Below, piece by piece: positions 14,131 to 26,604 of a DNA stretch of 64,000 bases. The number at the start of each line of letters is the position of its first letter. Positions within the stretch are counted from its first letter, which is position 1. The stretch is from Bugula neritina (Eukaryota > Animalia > Bryozoa): the NCBI GenBank assembly GCA_964035545.1, contig OZ037766.1, positions 12,514,722-12,578,721 of the forward strand. The letters run 5' to 3'. The position numbers and the translations under genes are program-made. The notes beneath the pieces are model-generated. The model saw nothing but the letters and a program-made list of their open reading frames with translations, was not told the origin of the DNA and searched no databases.

Positions 14131-14883
14131 CCTTAATAACTGCTAAAGATATATCTAAATGTTCATTGCCATCGGTAAGTTGTCCTTTTAATTTTCTATA
14201 TCTGAAAAATTGAAAGGATATTTTAGTGTAAGCTGTTGTTAGTTGTCATCATAAAAGAGTAGTTGGTTGATGGATGGCAATTTACGGCTCTACACTACAT
14301 TTTAAAACTTCTAGCTATAGAATTTTATCATCTCCATGATTGCTTTTGATTTATTATAAGTTTTTTACTTATAGTACGAACTCAAATTTGTATATCTCTA
14401 ATTATTAAATCTGCCATAATAAACTGCTTGCCAATTTTTTTTCAATTTTTCCAAATGAGTTCCAATGCAATTTTATTATTGTGTATCTATAATATGTGTG
14501 TAAGGAGAGAGTGGTACTTGGCTTTTTATAAACTTCTGCTACCAACACATAATTATTATAATAATATGATTATTAGTTCAATAACATCTAAGCATAGTTT
14601 CTTTTATTTTTACTGTAGGTATAGCTGTATGATGATACTTTTAATGCAAAGGTATCCAGAGCAATGCATGAATTATACAGATAACATTTCAAACTGTTAC
14701 TTACAAGTTTATTTTTTAGTGCCACATAAAGTGTTACAACAAAATAAATTAATATAACAATACCAAGTTTATTTTGCTAGAATACATTTAGGTGAATTCA
14801 ATACATAAGCAAAAGTGAGCAAAAAGCCCGTGAAGACTTCAGCAACATGGTCAAGTAAGCGTCAACAGACATCTCAGTTTGAT

Positions 14884-16537
14884 TTAGATGTTCTCCATAC
14901 ATTTGTTGATGGCATTGACATTCTTGAGAGTAGATGAAGAACCGCAACCACCTGGTCCGCCTGTGTGCAGTCTCATGTAATCACCACAGGTCAGATCTTC
15001 TAGCAGGGACTTGTTCAGATCATCTGCACACTTTTGAGCGTTGGTTGCAAAAAATCTTTTGATAACTTTCTCGGCACAAGCAAAGTCCTTAGCACACTCT
15101 CTCCACCCTTAAAATATATCATTATTGTTATTATTATCATTGTTATATAAATTACCAAGTCATACTCAGGATATTGCGTAACAAAGTTACTAGTAAAGAA
15201 TTTTTTTTCTCCAACTAACCAGCTTTCAAAGTTGCTTTCATATGTATTTTTAAAAACATGTTTTAGTGAATAGCTAAAAGGAATATATTTATTCTTTTTG
15301 ACCGCATTTTGGACAAATTGCTTTTACAATACAAAACAGCTCAGGGAAATGATACATTTGGCTAAATTGGGTTTTTGATGTGAAATTCTGAAGGTGTAAA
15401 CACACTGTGTAAACACTGCAGAACTCAAGCTAATCATGAGTGACAAGTAATATATGTTCATCAAACAAAACATGTTGATGCCATTAAAAGGCTGGTGCAC
15501 CTTTACAAAAGGAAATAATGCCATTAATATAAATGTTTATTAATTAAAGTATGCTAGTTGTTAAAAGAATTGAAAGCCCTATCTATATGTCACATTCTAA
15601 AACTTCTGTTGATATAAAATTTTAATATGTTTAAGAAACTTAGTGGTGAATAATTTTTAAGTGAATTAAAAACTGCACCACCAGTTTTTGCAAAAGGCAT
15701 CAATTGGCTAAAGATGAAATATTAAATCAACTGAACAAGAGAAATAAATAGAGTTATGCTTACCCAAGCCCTTTTTGCCATTGCTCATCCACAGATGTGC
15801 GTTGATGTGGTACAAGCCACAAGCATCATAATTGTATTCTCTATGACAGCTATCTGAAGCACCCTCATGCTGTAAGATATATCATACTCCCAAATTATTA
15901 AATTATGAAAGAAATTGTAGCAATACTGCTCTGACTTGCCTTGCCAAATTTTCTTATATAGGTAAAGCACATTAATAAGTCAATTCACAAACGTTTAGGT
16001 GAAACAGTTATATGTGAACTTTATTTAGAAATTTTGTTATGTTATCACAATTATATGAAATGAGGTTTGTAAGGTTTGTTAAAACAGTGATTGTAGGATT
16101 ATGGCTTAGTGTGTTGAATTTTATGAAATAATTTATAAAAATACATATATTACATAACAATGTTCAGAGCCTTTTGAGAAAGAAGTGGCAAAACTCTTTT
16201 TTACAAAGTTTAGACTTTGAAGAAATAATTGTTGCATGGGGCATTACAGATAATAGCTTTTCTGCATAATATTACATAGAATTTCTAAAATTTAGTTTAA
16301 AATGTATCAAATACTTTGACAGCCAAATTATGCAGTTGCTAAACTGCTTTATTTCTTATTATAATATGAATTATTATTTAATGATATGACGAATGAATTG
16401 AGTAGTATAGCTTTATCATATCCCACCTGAAGCACTTGTCTAATACAGCTTAGACAGTTGTCAGAGGGCCCAGCACTCTCCACTCGAACCACAGCAAGAG
16501 CCAAGCAGAGCGCTAGAACTGAAAGCATCATCTTCAT
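14884..16537 (-). CDS. Secreted invertebrate-type (i-type, destabilase family) lysozyme, divergent; exons 16537-16436 (or 16427), 15869-15764, 15107-14884
   Basis: Signal peptide MKMMLSVLALCLALAVVRVESA followed by CLSCIRQHEG...CHREYNYDACGLYHI...W...WRECAKDFACA...TCGDYMRLHTGGPGGC, matching the i-type pattern CLxCxCxxES...CG.FQI...W..CA.D..CA...C.DYARIHNGGP.GC. Confidence 0.88.
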
Positions 16538-18314
16538 GGTATTTTCTTCAAACTCCCCGTTCACTCTAAAATAAAATAAATTAAATCTAACTATTTCAAA
16601 TTTATGTTTTTGAGCAACATAGTATAAATGAATTCAACATTAAAATTTATTCAAGTTCCTAAATTATAATTTATTTTGAGATAACTATAGTTTGTTTAGT
16701 TTGTTATAATTACTGTAGTTTGCATTTATTAAACAATTACCTAAAACATTTAATAATGCTCCTTGAACAAGTTATAGCCTATAGCATAACTATAACAAAC
16801 TCAAAAAATTTGCTGTTTAGATATTATAGTTAACTATCAAGGTTGGAAAATTGATAAATTGATGAAATATAATAAAATCAATCGAAACAAAAAAATAATT
16901 GACATATAAAAAATCTTTCTACATGAATACTAGTGACATTAAATTAGAATAAACATACATTACTACTTACAATATGTCAACACAAGTTTCTAGTTGTTAA
17001 CTAGTTTTTATGAGGGTCTAGTTAAAAGTCAGACTGGTGGCATGGTGACCGGCCTTTAATACTAAAATGCATCAGCAGTTCTTAGCCAATGATATAACGG
17101 CTCATTTACAACTATGTTCTTTTCTGAATATCTGTTTTGCTAATTTTGACTGATGAAAGACAAATTCTTTATGTCAAACCATAGGCTGAAAAGTTGAGTG
17201 GTTGTTTGGCTTCAATGCTTCTTAAAATGCTTATAAGACAATTGCATGTTTAGAGATTAAGAGTGGAGATAAGTCTTTGGCACAATGACCTATAGAAATT
17301 AATCACTATTAAAGTTGTATCTTGAGCGTTATTATGGATACTAATACCTAAATCTCTTACATAAGTAGACTAAAAGGAATCCATTTATTTAAGAAATGTG
17401 GCTACTTATAGTTTACTCAATACCTCTGTAGCTTGTAAATGCTTCTTATTTACGAATTTTATAGCTTTGTGTATTTACCCAAGCTTCTAATAATTTTAAT
17501 GCTACTTTTGTGAAAATGCTTCTCAATTAAGCAGCTTTAATTTCTTTAAGTATTTTGATTAAACTCTATACTTTCATTATTTATAGCCATACTTGGGTTA
17601 TTAACAAATTGCTGTGCATCGTTAAAACTTTTCAGTGAATTTTAAAAGTATGTCAGTTAACTCTACACAAGAAAAATAATGGCAGAAGTATGCTTATTTT
17701 AGATGTCTGAAATAGTTTTAATATATTTGATTTTATCTAAAACAGTGTATAGTTTTTAAATTTATATATGTGGACTAAAATACTCTTTTGAATAAGCTAA
17801 TGCTCTATGTTGGCTTCATTAAAAAATGATCTGGGTAAAGCTGGAGTTGATATTTCTGTATAAAATTATTATAAAGGAATCACTAACAGCTGTCTACAGC
17901 TATATAAAGCTATTATTTGCCCACATTTCATAAGCGAAATTGCGGTGCATTAAAATGCAATTAAAAAGTCAAAAGCTAAGAGCTATTGAGTCAATTGGTA
18001 ATTCTAAAAAATGTGTTTTATTTGTATAAGCTAAATCAGATTGTTGTCCAGAGTTTTTTGCAAAGAAGCAGCCTATTATATTGATAGTCAATTTTGAAAA
18101 TAATTTTAGAATAATTCCTACATTAATCCCACAAATCAATCAGACATAAAGAACACATATAAATCTGTAAAAATTAAACAGGTGAGTCAAAGAAGCTGTC
18201 CATTTTTGAAGCTATTCAAGTAAATTATGACCATAGCTAAAACTGTTTATACTGTTTTGGTTTTTTGAGTCTATTTCCTAAATATAACAATTAACAGTTG
18301 TCATAAAATAAAGA

Positions 18315-18680
18315 GTGTCATCCCAGAGAGACACTTCCCAGAGAGACGCTAGGCTACATCTCCCACTTGGAAGCTTCCCAGTTAGACACTATTTATTTAT
18401 TTTGGTACAATATATATTTTATGTGCAATTTGCTTGAATATTATTCAAATATATGTATATTTAAATAATTGTTTGCTATTTAGCACATAAATAAATTCCT
18501 TTGATTTGCAATAACTTATTAGTTTTGCATTTTCTATACTTCTCATTGCTTGAAAAAAATATTTCGTTAATAAGTATTCATAAAATAATGTCTATTATTA
18601 ATGTATTACTGTTTTTTGCCCCACACAAATCCCTGAAAGGTAAGCTACCATTCCAAATAATTTATATTAGCTTCCCACAA
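18315..18680. mobile_element. Partial upstream copy of the adjacent MITE (left TIR plus internal part)
   Basis: 18374-18672 is similar to 18811-19120; begins with gtcatcccagagagacacttccca. Confidence 0.7.
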
Positions 18681-18791
18681 ATAAAGAAAGCTAGACTCTT
18701 TGCGATTTGGGATAGTGTTAGAGAAAAATTAGTCGAGTAAATGAAAAGAGGTTCACGATTGATTTGTTGGCTGCACTAATATGCATAGCCT

Positions 18792-19238
18792 GCGTCATCC
18801 CACATAGACGCTTCCCAGGTAGACACTATTATTTATTTTGGTACAATACATATTTTATGTGCAATTTATTTGAATATTATTGAAATATATGTATATTTAA
18901 ATAAACTTGGATCAATTGTTTGCTATTTAGCACATAAATAAATTCCTTTGATCTGCATTAACTTATTAATTTTGCATATTCTATACTTCTTGACGTTGTG
19001 TGAAAAAATATTTTGGTAATAAGTATTTATTAAAAGTAATGTATATTATTAATGTATTACTGTTTTTTGCCCCATAAAATTTATAAAAAGTGGGCTATTA
19101 TTCCAGATACTTTATAGTAGCTATTATAGCTATAATTGGCATAATTTATATTAGCTATTTATAGTTATATATATACATTATTATGGTACCAAAATAAAAA
19201 ATAGCGTCTAACTGGGAAGTGTCTATCTGGGATGAAAC
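18792..19238. mobile_element. MITE with ~50-bp imperfect terminal inverted repeats
   Basis: 18795-18844 tcatcccacatagacgcttcccaggtagacactatt...ttttggtac is the near reverse complement of 19186-19235 gtaccaaaa...atagcgtctaactgggaagtgtctatctgggatga. Confidence 0.8.
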
Positions 19239-20354
19239 CACACAAAACCCTGGTTTTCAGTCAAATCAGTTGAAGTATAAGAAGTATTTGAAAATGCCTA
19301 ACTCTTTTACTTTGAGACAACTACCCACACCCTAACTCCAATAGCATGTGTTCTCTAATTGTTTTTATAAATTCTGGTTTTGGGTGTAGATGAGAATTCT
19401 ACAACGAATGTAACTTTTTCGTTATACTTATAATGTAGGCTTTTCAAACTTCTCCACAATTGCACGAGCTATAAGTGCAGTAATGGAAAGGTTGTAGATT
19501 GAAAATTTAGCAAAGGAAGTGATATTCTCTTGAAAATTTTAACCTCGCCATCATAAATGTATTAAGAAAATTAAAGAACTTACCTTTCACAATAATATAA
19601 TATTACCAGCATGCATAATGGTGAGCAGGTTTATAAAAATAAGAAAAACCAAACAGAGGTATTTTATCACATTTCTTTTAACCTAATCAGTAGGCAAATA
19701 AATGTTGCAGCCTATACAGGTTTTTGCATGGTACAGTAGGAATAGAGTCAGTGGATTGTCTGCACTTTCTTCATCTACTCTGGCTGAACAACATGTAGCG
19801 TTGACATTGAGACTATAGCTGCTGAAACTTGCATACAGCATAGAGTTTTAATGGAACTATAGAAAGTACACAGGTGTAAACCTATAATGGCTTATTAGTA
19901 ATTACAATAAATATACTTGTTACAAGGTAAGTTGTAAAAGCAAAATGAAACCCAGATATACAATGTTGTGGCAGCAATATAGCAGTAGCATCAACTGCAG
20001 TAAAAGTAGTAGTAACATAAGCAGTGGTAATAGTAGTAGCAGTAGCACCAGCACATGGTAAACATCTTGAAATACTTGAAATAGCTTTTTGAAGTGAGTG
20101 ATTGTTTTCAAATGGGTATTTTGTTGAAATGAATTGTTTTACAAATAAAAATTTTCAAGTCCTCTCAACTGCATATTAAGCATTTCTTGGTTCTCTGCTT
20201 TGGTTGAGAAATGAGCAGCTGATAATAATAATGCTATTTGGCTTTAATCGTAACTGCCATTTTTCCCATCTACGTGAGTTAATTGTTCACCACAGCACTA
20301 GCTAAGGGTAAAATTGCAGTGGAGCTCAGCTTACAAACATTTAGGATCTATTGT

Positions 20355-20545
20355 AATGGCCAGCGGAAGTATAACCCTCTGTGTCCCCTGCTAAACATGA
20401 TGCGATAGTTTATGGCCAGGAACGTTTCAGCATGCGGCAGCGCAGTCAGCTAAGGCGGTCAGGATGGCGTGATATTAATGCCAACCAATCAGGGGCGAGC
20501 TCTAATGTATAAACTGCACCTTCCGGCGTCCACTGACGCACTCGG
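20355..20545 (+). promoter_or_regulatory. CpG-enriched core promoter, probably of the bZIP gene
   Basis: ETS-like CGGAAGT (~20364), YY1-like ATGGCG (~20464), CCAATCAG 20485-20492, TATAAA 20508-20513, CTTCCGG ~20520, half-CRE TGACGCA 20534-20540. Confidence 0.6.
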
Positions 20546-21293
20546 ACTGTACTAGCAACTAGCAGGATAACTCATGTAATTACTTGGACTCTTGTATACT
20601 CTTTTTTTGACTGATGTACATTATTTTTACTCGCATGTTGTTTACTTACATATAATTCTCATGTTACTGATCAACTTGTTCGGTTCCCTATATAGCACAC
20701 AACAAGACCCACTAACTAGTAGTGCAAAAAACTACAACACTATTGCAATTTCTATCTTTTATAGTTACATTTTTGCGTGTCTTTATTCTGTTTTTGTTAA
20801 TATTCAATTGCTGCGGGAAATGCACACCACATAGAAGTTTAAATAACGTGTTTTTCTATAAGCTAACCTATACTATCATTCTCAAAATTATCTCCGTTCG
20901 CTCACTACATTTAGACAAAGAGTTATCGTCTCTCTACGACGCTATTGGCGAAAACTTTACGCCCTCGCGCGTTTACCGAGATATTACCACGCAGCAATGG
21001 AAAGTTCCAGTTCAATTTACTTATTGGAATTTCCATTTTCCTATATAGTATGATAATATAATAGGCGTATATAATTATATCTCCGCGCGCAAAGGCTAGT
21101 ACTAGTAGCAATGAGTAATAGTTTTTACTGGGATTTTTACAAGTCATCAGCACAAATCATTTACGCAAGTTCTACTAAATGTAATAGTTAAGTCAAAGAT
21201 TAACCAATTTCATTTTTCAAGTGTGTGGTTTCTCTCAAAGTCAAACTTACAGCGTTTGTCTTTGAGTTTCGAAAAGACGTAAATTAAAAATAA

Positions 21294-22502
21294 ATGGCTA
21301 GTACTAGCACAACCACTAGGCCAGCGACAATTGCTAGTACTAGTAGTACTAGTAGTAGCCGTTCGATCAATCGTCGTGGAACAGCAACAAGCACAAAAAG
21401 CAAGCTGAGTAAGAATACTAACAGTAACAGTGACAACAACATTAAACGTCTAAGAGTAAGTTATAAGCTCGTAGAACCAGACCTAGATTTAGAAACTGAA
21501 GTCGTGGATCATAATCGTACTCGTAGCGGTAGTGATACTCATACTGATATCAAGTTTCGTAATCTTCCTCCTACTCCTAATCAAAGTGAATGTGATGATC
21601 ACAATCATAGTGATACGTCTCTTTGTAAAAAGTATAGAAGTGAATCTATGGATTCAGAGCTTGACTCTCAGCAGTTACAAATAGTATTACCAGACGAAGA
21701 TCAAAATGAAAATGTATATCAAGATGATCGTCGAACACAGCTTGAAGTACAATCAGAATCTGGGCATGGTGATGGTTCTGAAATAGATCACCCTTATGAT
21801 TCTGGGTATGATCCAAAACCGTTGACATTTGATAGCTCATCATCTGAAGACATGATGCCCAATGAATATGAGGAGGATGATGAAGGAAGTACTAGTAGCG
21901 CCAAAGCTAAAAAAAGATTGAAAAGAAGCAGTGGCAAAGGTTTTAAAGGTGGAAATAGTGATGAACAGGGCGAAGAACAAGATGAAAGGGCCGAAAAAAA
22001 TAGACTCAGTGCCAAAGAGTGCCGTATTCGTAAAAAACTTAGATACCAGTATTTAACAGAGTTGATAGCTCACAGTGAAGATGCAGTTTTCAAATTACGG
22101 AATGAATTGCAAGAGGTTTGTTCAATTTCTGTACATAAACGTGTTTTCTAATTTTATTCTTTAGTAGGGACATGCTAAGACATCTTTGAGTAATCTAGAG
22201 TGATATTTGCTATGGCTATAATTCACTGCTGTTGGTGTAGCTTTTGTATACTTTGCATTGCACATAGTTAGTATCACTTAAGTGTAGATACCCGTTTTTT
22301 AATTTCTTTCTTTGCATATAGGCACTGGTTAAATTGCTTTTACTCTTTGCCGTGTTGTTTTATCTTCGCACACTATATGTTTACTTAATAACTGAGGAAA
22401 TGTAATTGCATGTGTGTTTATCCTTTTCACTCAATCCTGTTGCAGCTTGAGAAACAGTGTACAGAAATAGATAGACGGAATATGGAATCTGTAGATGATT
22501 AA
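21294..22502 (+). CDS. bZIP transcription factor, CREBL2/REPTOR-BP-like, with a long Ser/Thr-rich and acidic N-terminus; exons 21294-22115, 22446-22502 (292 aa)
   Basis: KNRLSAKECRIRKKLRYQYLTELIAHSEDAVFKLRNELQE|LEKQC resembles the CREBL2 bZIP SARECRARKKLRYQYLEELV..RERAI..LREELE; GT-AG intron in phase 0. Confidence 0.82.
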
Positions 22503-25500
22503 CACCAACTAATATTATCACACAAGGTTCAATCATATAGTAACACAAGACTTTATTAGCTTGTTGAAGAGTACAAAAATTTGATATTTCAACTAGTGGG
22601 AACTATGGCAAATCAAAAACTGGACTAGGGATTATGAAAAAATAATATTGAAACTATGTTATATTTGTAAACCTGACTGCAGTGTAGGCTTTTTTGGAAA
22701 ACTCCTAGTAATTAAATGCCCGTAATTTTTATTGTTCTACTAACTAGCCATATTTCTTAACAACTGAAATATAAGTTAGAATGTGGGGAGTCACGCCAAC
22801 TTTAAATACTTGTTTTGTTATTTCAAGGTTTTTTAATTGCATTTCTATAAATGAGCCTAAGTCATTGGTTATCATTTTTTGGAAAGCAAAATATATATGG
22901 GGCATGCAGTTTAACTCTTTTGCTATACAGAATGCTATTGTCATTTTATGAAGTACCACTCTTCTTATCATGGAGCAGTATATTTCAGTCTGTAGTTTGT
23001 AGTTTGAAATACTATTTTAACTTCCATTTTGTAGCTATTTTCAATAAATAGTATCAGTTTATGATTACGAAGGCCAGTTTCTCTTCAAGTCCATTATTAG
23101 GCTAATCATTAGCTATTTGTGTTCATTGCATTTATATAATATTTTGGGTTAGTTTATACCTTATTGGTGAAAGCTCTTTTTATGTTATTGAGATAATAAA
23201 CACGTTCATCTTTCTTAAAGTTAAATTTTTATTTTCATTCTCTTTTGGTACCAGCAGTAGTAGTTCACAGATTGCTATTAGTAATAACTCAATGCCAATC
23301 GAAAAAAAATTGCTATAATTTTTACATTCAATGTTGTTATGATCTATTTCCATTCTTCCCATCCTTTGCAATAGCAAAAAGTAAACTATAATTTATAGCA
23401 TTGTCATAATTACTTGTAAAAGTTCACACGTTATATATTGAAATGATAATATTTCATCAAAATCCTCCAATAATTTCAATAGGTTTTGACTTATGCAGTC
23501 ATGCCTGTGATGTAGCATCTAAAACATACTGGCTTGCACATTATCTTTTTACAACTGACCACATTGAGTTTTGTATCAAGGAGGTAACATACTTTGATTT
23601 CTTTTTTTTTATATTGATAAGACCAACTCATTCAGAAATGAGCTTTAACTTCAATAATTTTAATGAAATTTAAGGAGTTTTCAGCCATTAAACTGTATAT
23701 TCTCTTAATTTCTCTAAAACTTAAATTTCTGCCCTATTAGTCCCATTTTTATTGCTGTCTTTTTGCATTACATCAAAATTACTTTGATGCTTCTTCAACC
23801 TCACTGAAACTAAAAGGTAACTTCTAATGCTTAGGATGTGACTTAGAAAATGCAATTGCCATTTATATTAAGTATTGAATACAGTACTCACGAAAGTAAA
23901 AAATGTAGCTAGTAGCATTTGAAGTTGTCTAATCATTTGATATATAGATATTGAATTCTATGCACCCATGCAAATGAAAATCCCAAAAACTGCAACTCAA
24001 TGGTGACCAAAAGGTTTACATGTTGACATTAACAACTGTTGCCTTACAGTACGTATCTAACATAGATTATAAACAAAAAGTTTCCTTTTTAGATACAACA
24101 CGTATTTGAATAGCACAAGCCATACCAACCATGGGAAATTTTTGCTAGTTCCTTATTTACAATGAGATATTTGCAATATTTACAATAAGATTGATCTTAA
24201 CGTGTAACTGCTTTATTATGCTGTGAAGCATTGCACTATATGTATTTGCGCAGTATTAGTATTATTTGAGATGTTGGAGATTGTATGAAATCATTTTTGT
24301 GGTCAAAATTCTTAAGAGAAAGTCAGCCACTACTTGAAGTTATAAAAAAGTTGACTTGATTGACAAAAAACTGCTGTAAATTAAAGTCATTTTTATTTAG
24401 AAGGCTATGAGCAATAAATGTTGCATAATATGTCAAGTGCAACAAATAGATATAATTTTGAAATGCATAAATAAATGGGGATATTATCAATTCCAATATA
24501 GGCACAAGTTGTCAATAGTAACTAAAGTGTTGGAAAAATTGTATGCAGGCAGTTTATTTGAATTAGCTTGCCTAATTTCACTCTTCTGTTTGCACCACTA
24601 TTCAAATAAAGCTTTGAGATATAGTTAGTTGAAGCTAGCTGATGGCAGGTAATGTTTTCATAGCACATTATGGAGTTATCTACCCTTAACTTGTGTAAAT
24701 AACTCTGGATTTTGTCCTTTCTACAAGGTTTGGCCTTTGTCAAAATTGAGATTATAAATATTACAAGGAATTTAAGTGGTGCAAGGACAACGAGTTCATT
24801 ACACTTATCGCCAATTAGAGATCATGGCAAACAAGGACTCAATCAAAAGTTCTGGAACTTGCTTGAGAGAAAATTTGAAGCTCTTGGTCTAAATTACCAT
24901 TGTAAAGGCTTGAACAGTTCAGTTTTTTTTTACTAATTTAGCAATTTAAGTTTTCTTTACCACCAAAGCATACATATACTTTCAGCATATTGTATATTGT
25001 TTGAAAACAACTTCTAAAATTTTTAAACAGCATTATGTAGTTTAGAATGCTAATGGTGCTGCATACTTCAATACAAATTAGATTATGATTGCTTCAATTA
25101 TTTAGTAATGAACTTTGACTGTATTTGAATAATTTTGATATATTTATGAAATCGAGCTGGCAAAGTAAAAAATAAAACATGACAACGGTGGTTGGAGATC
25201 TGATTAATATCTGAAAATAATTTATATACAAACTAAGTTTTCTATTAATAATGGATGAAGTATTCTGTGCAAGCAATGACTAGAAGAAATAAAAGATAAT
25301 GGTTTTAATTATTCAAAAATTTATTGGCCAATACAGATACTATAGAATTCTTATTTATTTTGAGAAAAAATTTTCTCTTCAATTAGCATTAATTTTCAAT
25401 CATTATTTATATAAGTTTTTATTTGTATTTAATATTTTCTTTAGAAATAGTCATGAAAGCTTTATTACTAGAACAAATAGCAAATATAAATGTTGTGTAT

Positions 25501-25609
25501 AACAGTATAATATGTTGTATTATACACACATTTCTTTCTCGTGCAATGCTTTGTAGTAAATGTTATTTTCACTGATATTCTGTGATACTATGTGAACAGA
25601 GTTCACGTT

Positions 25610-26604
25610 GGTCCTTGTAGAAAGGAATGCCGTTTCTTCATATAAGTGTGAAACATGCAATCAGCACGAAGTAACTAGGATGTTACTTCAAAGAGGTGCG
25701 AAGACTGATATGCAGGATAAAAATAGATTAAAATGTAAAGATTTATTTATATGATTACTTGTGTTTGCAGAATGATTACACACCATTGCATGGACATAGA
25801 ATGGATATCACCACAGCCTTGATCGAGTATGAGGTGCGAGCAAGAAATGGATTCACACCCTTACATGTTGCGGCTAGAGAGGGACACAACGACATGGTGT
25901 CACTATTGTTGAGAAATGGAGCAAATATTGCAACAAATCTGTCATAGTAATACTATTGCTTGATAAGTATAATGCCTCGAGCCTCTCACTACAAAGCTAA
26001 AGAATTGGAGTTACTCTGCTAAAATTGTGATAGCCAAGCAACATCACATATTATATAAATTCAGGTCAGCTCACTGTGTTGTACCTTCTTTAATTCATTT
26101 TTGATGACAGATCTACCAAAGTGAGTGAGGACTTGGTTTACTATTTTAGAAATGGGTTGCAGACTTGCAGTGTACTTTAACTTTTGGTTTCATCATCATT
26201 GCTAAGAGAATCTGTTACAGCATATGGTGCTGATATTCAGGCTGCAAATAAGAGCAGCTGTACTCTGTTACACACTGCAGCTAAAGAAGGAAACGAACAA
26301 GTGATAAGTTTACTTCTCGATCATTCAGGACCACTTGATTATGTCACCAAGGCAGCAGTTTAGTGCATTCAGTGTCTAAATTTACTGTCTATTATGTTCA
26401 ACATGCATGCTTGATGATGAAGTATCTTGCAAAATAGTTTCTTGAACTCCTGCATTATGTATTACAGTGTGGAAACAGTTCATGCTGGTGGTTGCCGAAG
26501 GGACAACTCTCCTTCATACAAGTGCTAAATATGGTCAGCACGGAGTGACGAGGCTGTTGTTACAAAATAGCGCCATGCATGATATCCAGGATGCAGATAG
26601 ATGA
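25610..26604 (+). pseudogene. Decayed multi-exon ankyrin-repeat gene fragment
   Basis: ANK fragments QHEVTRMLLQRGAKTDMQDK, NGFTPLHVAAREGHNDMVSLLLRNGANI, YGADIQAANKSSCTLLHTAAKEGNEQVISLLLDH and GTTLLHTSAKYGQHGVTRLLLQN, with frameshifts, deletions within repeats and stops. Confidence 0.75.
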
